64,000 bases of DNA from a virus. Its lineage: Duplodnaviria; Caudoviricetes. The DNA is taken from positions 24,279 through 88,278 of the IMG/VR virus record IMGVR_UViG_3300048502_000089. One strand, given 5' to 3'. A program made the position numbers and the translations under genes. Below the pieces are notes generated by a model, which saw only the letters and a program-made list of their open reading frames with translations, had not been told where the DNA came from and made no database searches. This document shows positions 19,690-28,822 of this stretch, piece after piece; the first letter of the stretch is position 1, and the number at the start of each line of letters is the position of its first letter.

Positions 19690-20013
19690 GTGGGGCGAGA
19701 CCACCACATGACTGCACTGGGGCAAAACGAACGTGCAGGCGCAGGCGGCTATGTTGGCCCTGGCCGCTACCGGCACTACAAGGGCGGTGAGTACGAAGTT
19801 CTGGGGTTTGCTCTCCATGAGAGTGAGCTATACCGGCTCGTCATTTACCGCCCACTGACGCCACGAGCCACGCTTCAAGCGTATGCGGTCATGGCGCTTA
19901 TTGGTCTCCTGGGCGTTCGGTCCCGCAGCGCCATGACGCGCGGAATCCACATCTTCATTCTAGGCAGCTCGAGCGTGGAGCTCGAATCAGCCCCATCCCC
20001 AAAATACCTCTAA
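19690..20013 (+). CDS. DUF1653-like protein with a divergent C-terminus
   Basis: GRYRHYKGGEYEVLGFALHESE...VIYRPL. The only convincing plus-strand gene in the window. Confidence 0.6.
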   Translation: MGRDHHMTALGQNERAGAGGYVGPGRYRHYKGGEYEVLGFALHESELYRLVIYRPLTPRATLQAYAVMALIGLLGVRSRSAMTRGIHIFILGSSSVELESAPSPKYL

Positions 20014-20332
20014 GCATCTACCGCGAATTCAGCTAAATACATCGCCGCTTGTGAGGCTCATCGGATCGCCGCGAGACACATTGCGATCCCAACGAGAGCC
20101 GCGGCCCAATTGATCATATCTGGCTAGTCGTCCTCGTCAGCACCCAGGATCGTCTCCTCTCGTTACCAACCGAGGCTGAGCGCTACAGGCACACCCTGTA
20201 GGCAGGCGGGCACCTATAGATGGTGATACGACAGAAGCAAGCGGAGTTTCCGGCTAGTTCAGAGAATTACTTTTTCTGATTCCATCGCACGCGCGTAATG
20301 GGAACCTTTTGTCCAAAACGCAAGTGATTGGG

Positions 20333-20356
20333 TTAGCAGAAATGATTCGATGCTAA
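20333..20356. promoter_or_regulatory. Dyad motif TTAGCA-N12-TGCTAA (copy A)
   Basis: TTAGCAGAAATGATTCGATGCTAA, intergenic. Closely matches the copy at 63749. Confidence 0.65.
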
Positions 20357-20485
20357 ACACAGTCTCTACCTAGAAGAAATTTCCTCTAGAGAGATTCTGA
20401 GTCGAGTCTCAAAGAACGGATGTCCCTGAGATCGGAGCAGAGAGAGTAGTGGCCCCGCAGCGCCGCAGGCGTGATCTCTAGCCCC

Positions 20486-20535
20486 AGAAACACGAAAGCC
20501 CCCGGTGATCTGGCTAATGCACCGAGGGCTTCGTG
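20486..20535 (-). terminator. Rho-independent terminator after the endolysin
   Basis: Stem CACGAAGCCCTCGGTG / CACCGGGGGCTTTCGTG followed by TTTCT on the minus strand. Confidence 0.8.
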
Positions 20536-20585
20536 GAGGCCAGCAACGCGAGAGAGAACGTGCTGAGCTGCGAGACTGCTTGATC

Positions 20586-20609
20586 TTAGCAGAGATTGAT
20601 CTCTGTTAT
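20586..20609. promoter_or_regulatory. Dyad motif (copy B) at the endolysin stop
   Basis: TTAGCAGAGATTGATCTCTGTTAT. Its 17-bp core is identical to the copy at 55722. Confidence 0.6.
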
Positions 20610-21463
20610 CAAGTCCCTTCTGTGAGGTGCAGAAGGATCTCATAGCGCTGGACTCGATCAGCGACATTCCATCCTGCAGGGTCGAACTCTGTAGACCCTG
20701 ATTGGGCAGCCGTCCAGATTTCCTTGCGCATCGTCACGAGCTCTTCCTTGAGCTTTACTGCGGTGTGCTTTGCGAGCTCGTGGCTGTGCGGATGCTCCTT
20801 GATCACCTTCAGCTCGGCCACATACTGTTCAGCAGCTTTGCGCTCATCAGGCGTCAAGACCGCGTAGGTGTCGGGCGCGGGAGGTGCCTTGTAGACGCCG
20901 GCCCGCCATTGGCCAAAGTCCTCAGCCACCGCTCGATCGAGATCGTAGACCTCGCCATCCTGGTACTGCTGGAGCTGTGCTCGAGCGTCCCAGCGGCCAT
21001 TCGACCACGCATACGTCTGCCAACCCCAAGTGATCTTCTTGGCATTGAACAGATTGCTAATCGTCGAGTAGCCACCATAGGCTCCTGTGCGCGCGAGCCC
21101 AATCACCGAGGCGACGCCCTCGAAGTAGGGGAAGGTCGCGGTGGGTTCAGGAGTCGTATCTTCGTCGACGGCGAAGTAGATCGGCCTTGACCCCTTCATC
21201 CCGCACGCGATGGCCTGTTCAAGCGCGAATTGCGCATTCTGCTCGCCAGCATTGAATCCGCCAGAGATCGCCGTCGCAGAATCCTCGAAGACCACAACGA
21301 GATCAATGCCACCCTTGGACAACAGAAGCGCCTCCGCGGGCACGAGCGCTTTCCCTTCTTGATGTGAGAGGTAACGCGCCGTGAATGACCAGTCGTGTTG
21401 TTTCAGCGTCTCTGGCGAATACTGCACATCTGAGTAGTAATCTACGCCAAACCGCATGGTCAT
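20609..21463 (-). CDS. Endolysin, DUF1906 (Rv2525c-like) glycoside hydrolase domain
   Basis: GVDY, FTARYLS, LVVVFE, PIYFAVDED, TGAYGG, WQTYAWS...AQLQQY. Confidence 0.88.
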   Translation of the reverse strand: MTMRFGVDYYSDVQYSPETLKQHDWSFTARYLSHQEGKALVPAEALLLSKGGIDLVVVFEDSATAISGGFNAGEQNAQFALEQAIACGMKGSRPIYFAVDEDTTPEPTATFPYFEGVASVIGLARTGAYGGYSTISNLFNAKKITWGWQTYAWSNGRWDARAQLQQYQDGEVYDLDRAVAEDFGQWRAGVYKAPPAPDTYAVLTPDERKAAEQYVAELKVIKEHPHSHELAKHTAVKLKEELVTMRKEIWTAAQSGSTEFDPAGWNVADRVQRYEILLHLTEGT

Positions 21464-21951
21464 GATGCTGTTGAAGACGGCGTAGTCTCGGTCACACCAA
21501 CAGCAGATGCAGCAGGCGTCGTCGTGTCAGTGCCAGCAGGTTGAGGCGGCGGTGGTTGCGTAGCGAACTCTGTCGTATCGCCAACAAGCTCAGCCGCCTG
21601 CTCTTCAACGGCAATGACAGATGGCTTCTCCGCGAGATCCTTTTCAACGTCGTAGATCACTTTGGGAGCGGCAGCCGTGCCAGCCGTAATTACCTTCTGA
21701 ACCGCTGCTGGCGGTGTGAAGGGGATCTCTGGGGCGCCAAGTCCCTTCGAGACGGCTGTGACCTTCAGCATCGTGCGTGAGGCCACATGAATTCCGGTCG
21801 TGATAGTAGCGAGAATGCCTGCTTCTTTGACAGACAAGTGCGTCTGCGGGATCGATGATGCAATCCCAAGAGCGATGTTCAACACCCACACAGCGATTCC
21901 CTCACTCGTGCGAATGGCCTTCGTTAGTGGTGCAGACAATTTGGGGACCAC
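21460..21951 (-). CDS. Holin-like membrane protein
   Basis: Two hydrophobic segments, directly upstream of the endolysin. GTG 21951 follows AAAGGA. Confidence 0.5.
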   Translation of the reverse strand: MVPKLSAPLTKAIRTSEGIAVWVLNIALGIASSIPQTHLSVKEAGILATITTGIHVASRTMLKVTAVSKGLGAPEIPFTPPAAVQKVITAGTAAAPKVIYDVEKDLAEKPSVIAVEEQAAELVGDTTEFATQPPPPQPAGTDTTTPAASAVGVTETTPSSTAS

Positions 21952-21992
21952 GTCAATTCCTTTCGGATGTTCTATGGATGGGAAACTGCATT

Positions 21993-23045
21993 CTACCGCT
22001 TGACAAGCCGGCGTTGGGCTTTCGCCGCAGCCAGCTCCCAAGCGTCGATAAAGCTTGTGATGGTGATGTCTGTTGTGTGCTGAGCAGCCATCACACGAAG
22101 GAACTCACTGTACTCCTTACTGTAATACTGGAAATCGTAGATACGTTTAGCCCAGTCATCAGGTGTCGCAGCTAATTCACATACACCAAACCCAGCTATG
22201 CGCTCATACTCAGGAAGCGGAGAAGCTGCAGAAGGAATACCGAGCGCTGCATACTCGAGCACCTTGATCGCTGAGCGCGCTCGAGAGAATGGAGTGTTTG
22301 AGAGCGGGGCAATCCCAATATCGAACTGAGCGATATTAGAGAAATGCTCTCCGGGTGGCGTCACCCAACCAAGCGTCTCTGGGACTTCTCGAAGTCCAAA
22401 TTGTCGAGCAACTTCCTTGACTCCATCTACAGGGGTAGCCGGCGTAAACGCGAGCCCAGTCTTATCCATTGCGCGTTGAAGACCATCACCGACAACCTCG
22501 AGGTCGCCAAGATGAGTCTGCCACGCCCCAGACCATCCAATTCCTTTCCCGCCGACATGCTCCATCTTGAGTACGTGCGGAGGAACCCCGTTGCGTACCA
22601 CAGCTCCGTGCCCAAACCCCCACGCTCGTTCAATAGCTGGTGTTGAACAAGTAACAATATCCGCCATCTTACATGCACGCCGCGTATGTTCACGATTCTC
22701 GAGAGGGCTTACACTAGGATCGCTGAAATGTTTGAACACAGCTCCATCAGGGAAGACATCGAGATTATCATCAAGATCAATCACTACAGCGATCCCTGCT
22801 TGACGCAAGAATTTGATCGAATCAACTAGGCGGTAATCGACAGGGCGATGGAAGACCACCACATCAGCGTCTAGCTCACCGAGACCAATTACTTTCTCTA
22901 ACCCATTTGCTTGTCGCTTCAATTTGTTCGGGAAGTAAAACGAATGACTAGCTTCAATGCCGGCGCGCTTCGCCGCTTCAATCGGCTCGAGAATCCGGTA
23001 GTAACTGCACCCACTAAGATCAGACGGGTAGGCGACAACCTTCAT
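21993..23045 (-). CDS. Glycosyltransferase (GT-B fold, GT4-like)
   Basis: GCSYYRI, VVIDLDD, ADIVTCST, IGWSG, FDIGIAPL...KVLEYAALGIPSAAS. Confidence 0.88.
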   Translation of the reverse strand: MKVVAYPSDLSGCSYYRILEPIEAAKRAGIEASHSFYFPNKLKRQANGLEKVIGLGELDADVVVFHRPVDYRLVDSIKFLRQAGIAVVIDLDDNLDVFPDGAVFKHFSDPSVSPLENREHTRRACKMADIVTCSTPAIERAWGFGHGAVVRNGVPPHVLKMEHVGGKGIGWSGAWQTHLGDLEVVGDGLQRAMDKTGLAFTPATPVDGVKEVARQFGLREVPETLGWVTPPGEHFSNIAQFDIGIAPLSNTPFSRARSAIKVLEYAALGIPSAASPLPEYERIAGFGVCELAATPDDWAKRIYDFQYYSKEYSEFLRVMAAQHTTDITITSFIDAWELAAAKAQRRLVKR

Positions 23046-23431
23046 TGCCCACGGACCTTACTGACGACTTGGACCCCTCGCTGAACAGCCTTGGTTATGC
23101 AATCCTGCGTCCCCGTTGAGCCGGCTCGAGACATGAATGAGAAAACCGCATCAACATCAGGATTTTCATCTAGCATCTGCGTGTTTCGGATTGGCCCTGC
23201 GTTCCCTCCATACTGCTTCCAATCGGCTGGATAAGGGGCCACCTTGAACCCCATATCATTCGCATATTTGCCAGCGATCATATCTGCCCCAGGAGCGTCG
23301 CCGTGGATGATCGTCACTTCTGACTTCTCTTTCGCACCACCGAGCTGAGCTAGAGTCCAGACAGTATTGAGAGCCTCGATGATTTCCATATCTCCAGTCC
23401 AGTCTCGGGATCCACAGAAAATGACTTTCAT
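23042..23431 (-). CDS. SLOG-superfamily protein (DUF2493/YspA-like)
   Basis: KVIFCGSRDW, IIHGDAPGAD, PADWKQYG..AGPIRNTQM, GTQD. Confidence 0.88.
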   Translation of the reverse strand: MKVIFCGSRDWTGDMEIIEALNTVWTLAQLGGAKEKSEVTIIHGDAPGADMIAGKYANDMGFKVAPYPADWKQYGGNAGPIRNTQMLDENPDVDAVFSFMSRAGSTGTQDCITKAVQRGVQVVSKVRGQ

Positions 23432-23682
23432 GACTGCGGCTCGACGAATTTGTGCCCACAGATTGAGCAGACAGGGAGTGGTTCTTCACTATCTTTTGGG
23501 ATGACATACCCAGCTTCCAACATCGCGTGCTGATAAAGAGAAATACTCTCAAGCGATGGGCGCTTCCTACCTGTATCCGCAATGGCCGCGTAATAAAGTT
23601 CTGAAGGATCATGAAGATCAGTCTGAGCTCGCACAGCTCGTGCCATCTCAAGACACGTCTTAGTCATCACCGTTTGCCCCAA
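23428..23682 (-). CDS. Hypothetical protein with a terminal CxxC
   Basis: Coupled ORF ending CSICGH. Confidence 0.5.
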   Translation of the reverse strand: MGQTVMTKTCLEMARAVRAQTDLHDPSELYYAAIADTGRKRPSLESISLYQHAMLEAGYVIPKDSEEPLPVCSICGHKFVEPQS

Positions 23683-23794
23683 TGTCGTTTGCGATTACGC
23701 TTGCCCTCGCAAATCGGGCATGAGCATGGAAAGAGTCCAAACACATACCAATCAATACAATCCAAAAGCCGCCGGATCATCACTCTCTCAACTT

Positions 23795-24022
23795 TTACGG
23801 ATGTGGATAAGGGAAAGGTTCATCAAACTCGATCCTGAAGATAGCTACACCGTTCCCGTCTGGTGCGCGCTCGGAGATCACTGCTCGGCATCCTCTGATG
23901 ACGAACCATCCTCGGGCCTGATGCCTCTTCGCTTCCTCTATCGGGGTAGCTAAGCCGGCCACTCGACCGCCATTGGGATGAAGAGTCCACACAAGCTCTC
24001 CTGACAACAACCCGTATCGCAC
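23795..24022 (-). CDS. Hypothetical protein
   Basis: 75-aa ORF starting next to the upstream stop. Confidence 0.4.
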   Translation of the reverse strand: MRYGLLSGELVWTLHPNGGRVAGLATPIEEAKRHQARGWFVIRGCRAVISERAPDGNGVAIFRIEFDEPFPYPHP

Positions 24023-24574
24023 TCAAAGCCTGTGCCTCTCTTCAGGCGACATGCCGTGGACAGCGCACAGGGAATACACGCCTTGTGAATCACATCCACA
24101 CTTCATTGGCCTATCTCCATCCTGCGTATTCGTCGCAATTAGATCGATATGCCGAGCAGGGTTGCCTACCCAAGTCTGCCCAGATGGTACATGCTTTGTC
24201 ACAACTGCGCCAGCTCCTATCCGCGCATCATGGCCGACAGTGATATACGGCAACACACAGGCGTTGATCCCGATCTTCACACGCTGGCCAATCGTGGCGT
24301 AGCCTCCGATGGTCACTCCTGGCGCGAGTTGAGCTCCTTGGTTGATCGAAGCATCGTGGCCGATGTGGACATGCTTCATCAACCAGACCAAGGGGCCGAC
24401 ATACGTCTCCTGTTCACAACCAGCATCAACCGTGACGAATGCCTCTACCCGCGCAAGAAAGCTGATATATGGATCGAAGTAACCTTTCGGCAAATGCCCT
24501 GCCATCTCAGGAGGCTCACCAATTACAGCTCGAGGGTCAATACCCACTCTGCCCGATGGATGCAAGTTGCTCAA
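24023..24574 (-). CDS. Left-handed beta-helix acyltransferase (LpxA-like core)
   Basis: IDPRAVIG, FVTVDAG, MKHVHIGHDA, hexapeptide repeats, IGAGAVVTK.VP...VGNPAR. Confidence 0.85.
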   Translation of the reverse strand: MSNLHPSGRVGIDPRAVIGEPPEMAGHLPKGYFDPYISFLARVEAFVTVDAGCEQETYVGPLVWLMKHVHIGHDASINQGAQLAPGVTIGGYATIGQRVKIGINACVLPYITVGHDARIGAGAVVTKHVPSGQTWVGNPARHIDLIATNTQDGDRPMKCGCDSQGVYSLCAVHGMSPEERHRL

Positions 24575-25254
24575 GTCTCAGTCCCCTTATGGACAACGTC
24601 TCTCTGATGGTAGTAGTCGACTTGCCTCTGGCGCCTACCGCGCTGCCGCTCTTCTTGCTTATGCAAGATCCTCACCGGAGACATAGGAGCTTTGATGACA
24701 TTGGATTGAGTCTGTACAACGATGTCACCACCGCCATCATCAAAGTGGTATGTGTAGTGATTCGTCGTGAAGTGAATACCACATCGAGCACGGATGAATT
24801 GGCGGATGCCATACCAAGTGCCATCTTGTCCTATTTCTGAAATCTCCAGATCAGCAAAGTCTGGGTGTCCCGCTTCCTCGAGCCATCGCTTCATATCTAG
24901 CGACGGCAAAGAGAAGAGCCGGAAGTCAGAATCCCAAGGGAAGACATAATCATCTGGTGATTCACAGAGCGCGAGAGCTAGCTGCATCATCAAGTCGCGC
25001 TTCTCGGCCTCATTCCCTTCCCACGGTCGCGCGGGTGCATAGAGCGTAAGGTCGATTTCCTTCCACGCACAAGTAGCCGCAATGATGTCGCGCTGCCACT
25101 TTGGAGATTGTGCCTGCCCATGATGAGGGAACAGCGCATAAGGACCGTCTACTGCAACCAGATGTGTAACACCAAGGTCGGCAAGGTCAAATACGCACCG
25201 CTGCAGATTCTCAGCACTTTCGTCATACCACGCCAGCATCGCTACGAGCCTCAT
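24571..25254 (-). CDS. Glycosyltransferase-like protein (GT-A fold)
   Basis: LAWYDES, LVAVDG, NEAEKR, DxD-type WDSD, late ILH. Start moved to ATG 25254. Confidence 0.7.
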   Translation of the reverse strand: MRLVAMLAWYDESAENLQRCVFDLADLGVTHLVAVDGPYALFPHHGQAQSPKWQRDIIAATCAWKEIDLTLYAPARPWEGNEAEKRDLMMQLALALCESPDDYVFPWDSDFRLFSLPSLDMKRWLEEAGHPDFADLEISEIGQDGTWYGIRQFIRARCGIHFTTNHYTYHFDDGGGDIVVQTQSNVIKAPMSPVRILHKQEERQRGRRQRQVDYYHQRDVVHKGTET

Positions 25255-25568
25255 GGCACGCAGAACCCTACCATGATCTCCGCTGGCAGCAGCATCATGC
25301 ACGACCTCTCCGGTGCCTTCTGGTCAAGCGGCTCGTCTACCGCCGCCATCCAGTTCCCGTCGACGCTGACAAGCCCTCCCCACCAGCCAAGTTCGCTCGG
25401 TTCGACCGGCTTGCCCTGGCGCTCCGGTGGACGCGAAGACTCCTGAATTGCGACACGCTCAAGATCGTATTCCTGAATCAGTGCGCCACACCACTGACAG
25501 CGCTGGCGCGAGATCGTTCCAAACGTACAGATCGGCCCAGCGAAGTGGATGATCTCTGTGTCACTCAC
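25251..25568 (-). CDS. Hypothetical protein
   Basis: 105-aa coupled ORF containing RQRCQWCG. Confidence 0.55.
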   Translation of the reverse strand: MSDTEIIHFAGPICTFGTISRQRCQWCGALIQEYDLERVAIQESSRPPERQGKPVEPSELGWWGGLVSVDGNWMAAVDEPLDQKAPERSCMMLLPAEIMVGFCVP

Positions 25569-25807
25569 CAGAGCACCACACGTATACCATCCTGGTCTTT
25601 ACCGCCAGCTTGGTGCATGAAGGGACGATGAGGTTCGTAGCTCGGACGAATCCCTCGAAGATGCCGATGGAACTTAGGTTGGTCGCACCGAGATCCCAAG
25701 AACATCTCGTATCCCTCTGGTGGCTGTAAGCAGCGCTTCCGACAACGCGAGCGCCGGAACGCGCTCTTCAACCACACCCATTCGCTCACTCGAGCGACTA
25801 GGCGCAC
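25565..25807 (-). CDS. Hypothetical protein
   Basis: 80-aa coupled ORF. Confidence 0.45.
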   Translation of the reverse strand: MRLVARVSEWVWLKSAFRRSRCRKRCLQPPEGYEMFLGSRCDQPKFHRHLRGIRPSYEPHRPFMHQAGGKDQDGIRVVLW

Positions 25808-26364
25808 ACGAGAGTCCTACGGACGTGCCCACCGCGGGCATGGCCAGTCTGCTCATCGAGAAGTTCGGTCACAAGCGCATCCGCAACGACATTCTCCTCG
25901 CGCGGGATGTGCTTGATCTCAACCAGCTCGAAGCGGCCGGCGAGTTCTCGAGCTCGGTCGACATACGGCTGGAGGTGTGGCTGCTTGATCTGCCACGCAC
26001 CGAGAGACTGCTCGACGACGAGCTTGGAATCCATGTGGATACGGATCCGCTTGACGCCACGCTCGAGCGCCATCTTGAGCGCAAGGATCAGACCCTCGTA
26101 CTCGGCCTCGTTCACGGTGCCGTGGTCGCCCAGATAGACGGCCTCCTGATAACCAGTGCCGTCAACGTAGAGCACAGCAGCACACCCGTAATCACCGGGG
26201 TTGCCGCGGCTGCCGCCATCGGTATGAGCGATGGCTACGATGCTTGAATAGTCATTCATTGCTGCTAACGGTAGCAGATTTCTCTCGCGCCGAGAGAGAC
26301 TCTCACCAAGCAGCTTTCGAGCATTGTCGCCACGGTAGTAGTCAGGTGGATAGTCAATGATCAC
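25798..26364 (-). CDS. rnhA: Ribonuclease HI
   Basis: TDGGSRGNPG, VNEAEYEGL, MDSKLVVEQ, HIPREENVVADAL. GTG 26364 is coupled to the helicase stop. Confidence 0.93.
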   Translation of the reverse strand: MIIDYPPDYYRGDNARKLLGESLSRRERNLLPLAAMNDYSSIVAIAHTDGGSRGNPGDYGCAAVLYVDGTGYQEAVYLGDHGTVNEAEYEGLILALKMALERGVKRIRIHMDSKLVVEQSLGAWQIKQPHLQPYVDRARELAGRFELVEIKHIPREENVVADALVTELLDEQTGHARGGHVRRTLVCA

Positions 26365-27824
26365 GTTGGCACCCTTTCTAGTCTCTCGACCTTCCAACGT
26401 CGCTTCAAGTAGAGCTGCTGCATACGTTCGCGGTACTGGCTCTTGATGACGCCGATCTTCTCGTCGAAGATGTCGTAGACGATGGCATCTGTCTTCCCCG
26501 GCGCCGGCCGCATGATGCGCCCAATCTGCTGCTCAACGAGAGGGACACGCCGCGCGGGGAAAGCCATGATGAGTCGATCCAACCGCGGGATGTCGAGCGC
26601 TTCATCAGCCACCGTCGAGATGAGGATCGTGCCTCCTGTGGCATTGGCGATAGCTTCACGAACGCGCTCAGAATGCTTGCTCTCTTTGCCCGTCAACACC
26701 AATACATTGACCTGATCCTCTTCGCTCTTCCAAGGGTTTGAGACTCCACAGATGCTTCTCAGTTCCTCCTCGAGCTTCTTGACATGTTCGATACGGCGTG
26801 TGGTGACAAGCACATGATGACGCTTGACCGCTTCATCCATTGCTGTATTTGCTATGAGCAGATTGCGGTCGGCATCGTCGCAAAGCGCTGTAATCAGCTC
26901 GGTGTAGTTGTTCTGGACGCGGTAGCGTGCTCGCATCTGCGTCCGCACAAACTCGAACTCGAACTCGGTAGGCATCACACGTATCATCGGTTTGATCAGA
27001 ACCTCACCGATGCTGGCGGCATCTGTGCTGTGGACGACCGGCCCGATGACCGCCTCGATGAATGGGAAGAGCATCTTGTCCCAGACTGGTGTGGCTGAAT
27101 AGCCCAGCCGGTAGAACGCTGAGAAGCGCTGGAGAAGATCCATCAGCGTTTCAGCGCTCGCGTGGTGGACTTCATCGACCACCACCATGCCCCAATGCCG
27201 GTAGAAGGAATCAGGCGTCGTCTCACGCCGGCTCCAGAGCGACTGGCGCAAAGCAATCGTGATCGGCTGCTCATCCCAGGTGCCATCCCCGATCAGACCA
27301 GCTCGAGCGCCATAGGACTCTTCGATCACGGTGGCCCACTGCTTCGCTAGCGCGGTCTTGTCCACGATGATGAGCGTCGGCTGCCCAGCCCAGCGCGCGA
27401 CCTCGAGCGCGACCCTTGTCTTCCCGGCGCCAGTAGGCGCCTTCATGATTCCGTTCGTCCAGTCAAGCATCTGATCGCGGGCCTCGGCTTGGTATCCGCG
27501 GAGATCGACTGTGGGCCATTCTGCGAATTGGCGCTCCGATGGCGCGTAGAGCGTCATCCTGCGATCCCAATTGATTTGGACGCCCTGAGCGTTAGCGAGA
27601 CGGTCTAGAGCGTGGGCATAGCCGCGAGGTAGAACGAGATGAGTCGCGGTCTCGGCCCAGAGTTCGAGTTTCTCAGGCAGATCCTTTGCACCGGGGATCT
27701 TCTCGGAGATCGCTCGATCTCTATCAGGGTTCTTGACGCTGAGTGCTGAGCAGACGGCGAGCCGCAATCCCTCGGGGATCTCCGTGCGATCGATGGCGAT
27801 ATGGGTGTCGATGATTGCCCGCAA
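26361..27824 (-). CDS. Superfamily 2 (DExH) helicase
   Basis: APTGAGKT, VVDEVHH, SATP, EALDIP, QQIGRIMR. Confidence 0.93.
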   Translation of the reverse strand: MRAIIDTHIAIDRTEIPEGLRLAVCSALSVKNPDRDRAISEKIPGAKDLPEKLELWAETATHLVLPRGYAHALDRLANAQGVQINWDRRMTLYAPSERQFAEWPTVDLRGYQAEARDQMLDWTNGIMKAPTGAGKTRVALEVARWAGQPTLIIVDKTALAKQWATVIEESYGARAGLIGDGTWDEQPITIALRQSLWSRRETTPDSFYRHWGMVVVDEVHHASAETLMDLLQRFSAFYRLGYSATPVWDKMLFPFIEAVIGPVVHSTDAASIGEVLIKPMIRVMPTEFEFEFVRTQMRARYRVQNNYTELITALCDDADRNLLIANTAMDEAVKRHHVLVTTRRIEHVKKLEEELRSICGVSNPWKSEEDQVNVLVLTGKESKHSERVREAIANATGGTILISTVADEALDIPRLDRLIMAFPARRVPLVEQQIGRIMRPAPGKTDAIVYDIFDEKIGVIKSQYRERMQQLYLKRRWKVERLERVPT

Positions 27825-27832
27825 GAGTTGGG

Positions 27833-27861
27833 ATCATAGGTTCTGTTCGATGGCTTGTCAA
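27833..27861 (-). promoter_or_regulatory. Sigma-70-type promoter upstream of the helicase
   Basis: TTGACA-N17-TATGAT-CCCAACTC-TTG(start). Confidence 0.8.
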
Positions 27862-28425
27862 TCATGGGCACGCAATCACCTTCCCAGCGCTCACACACTC
27901 CACCAGCGGAGCACTCGCGCTCGAGTTAGTCGACACAACGAGAACAACTGCCGTACCGATCCCGATTATCAACGTCACGATCACGGCAGCAATACCAATC
28001 CATAGCCCAATACTGCCTGTCTGTCGAGTCGACGTTTCGGTTTGCTGTGTCTTCTGGCCCTGCTGCTCATACTGCGACCGCCGCAGATCGGCTATATCCT
28101 TCTGCACCGGCTCAAGCGCCGCCGTGAGCGCTGCCGTCGCAGACACCGCCGAGATCGCAACTTGCGCCGCAAGTGTCGTGGCCTGCGCCACCGCAACCTC
28201 ACCCGCACGATTCACCGCAGCCACATCAACGGCTCGGATAGCATCAATACGATCTGATTCCGCGGCTCGAAGCTGCTGCGCATAACGCTCCCGTAGCGTT
28301 GCGACCTCGCGCACATGCCGTGACTCAGCGGCCCGTAGATCGTCTTGCCGAGTGATGGCTGCCTGAACATACTCGAGAACATTCTTCGTTGGATCGATAA
28401 CTGGCGTATGACGAAACCAACTCAT
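27862..28425 (-). CDS. Coiled-coil protein with a C-terminal transmembrane helix
   Basis: DPTKNVLEYV...RQDDLR coiled coil and LWIGIAAVIVTLIIGIG. Confidence 0.7.
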   Translation of the reverse strand: MSWFRHTPVIDPTKNVLEYVQAAITRQDDLRAAESRHVREVATLRERYAQQLRAAESDRIDAIRAVDVAAVNRAGEVAVAQATTLAAQVAISAVSATAALTAALEPVQKDIADLRRSQYEQQGQKTQQTETSTRQTGSIGLWIGIAAVIVTLIIGIGTAVVLVVSTNSSASAPLVECVSAGKVIACP

Positions 28426-28441
28426 CTCAACTCCTTCTAAG

Positions 28442-28822
28442 TCAGTGCCCCAAAGTCTTCTCGAGCTGGGGGATCAACACCGTCTGATCGTATGACTCGA
28501 TCTGGCTCGTGACTGTCTTCGACACCATTGAGATCATCCGATCAAGCTGACTTAGTGAAACAGCGGTCTCGGCGTGATGTTGATCCTGTAGCGATAATTG
28601 CTTGGCAGTCTGAGCATGATCAAATGCTTGAAGCGCGAGCAGTGTGCGAACTTCTTTAGCTGTCTTCTTCGATGAGATCGCGGATGCTGTCTTACCACTG
28701 AGCAACAATTGCTCGATCCCATTGACCGCATTTGCTGATTGTTGGTAGCCCAAAGCAGCAATCGTCAATGTAGCTCCAAGAAAAATACACATGCCAGCGA
28801 GAACGGTTGCTATGGCTTTCAC
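28442..28822 (-). CDS. Membrane-anchored helical protein
   Basis: N-terminal hydrophobic helix followed by an amphipathic region. Confidence 0.65.
   Translation of the reverse strand: MKAIATVLAGMCIFLGATLTIAALGYQQSANAVNGIEQLLLSGKTASAISSKKTAKEVRTLLALQAFDHAQTAKQLSLQDQHHAETAVSLSQLDRMISMVSKTVTSQIESYDQTVLIPQLEKTLGH

Noticed and set aside
19984-19994. GGGGCTGATTC, resembling a tmRNA 5' end
   Set aside because: No matching T arm, CCA end or tag reading frame was found downstream.
20213-20240. TTGCTT-N16-TATAGG minus-strand promoter
   Set aside because: Short spacer, imperfect -10, and no convincing gene immediately downstream.
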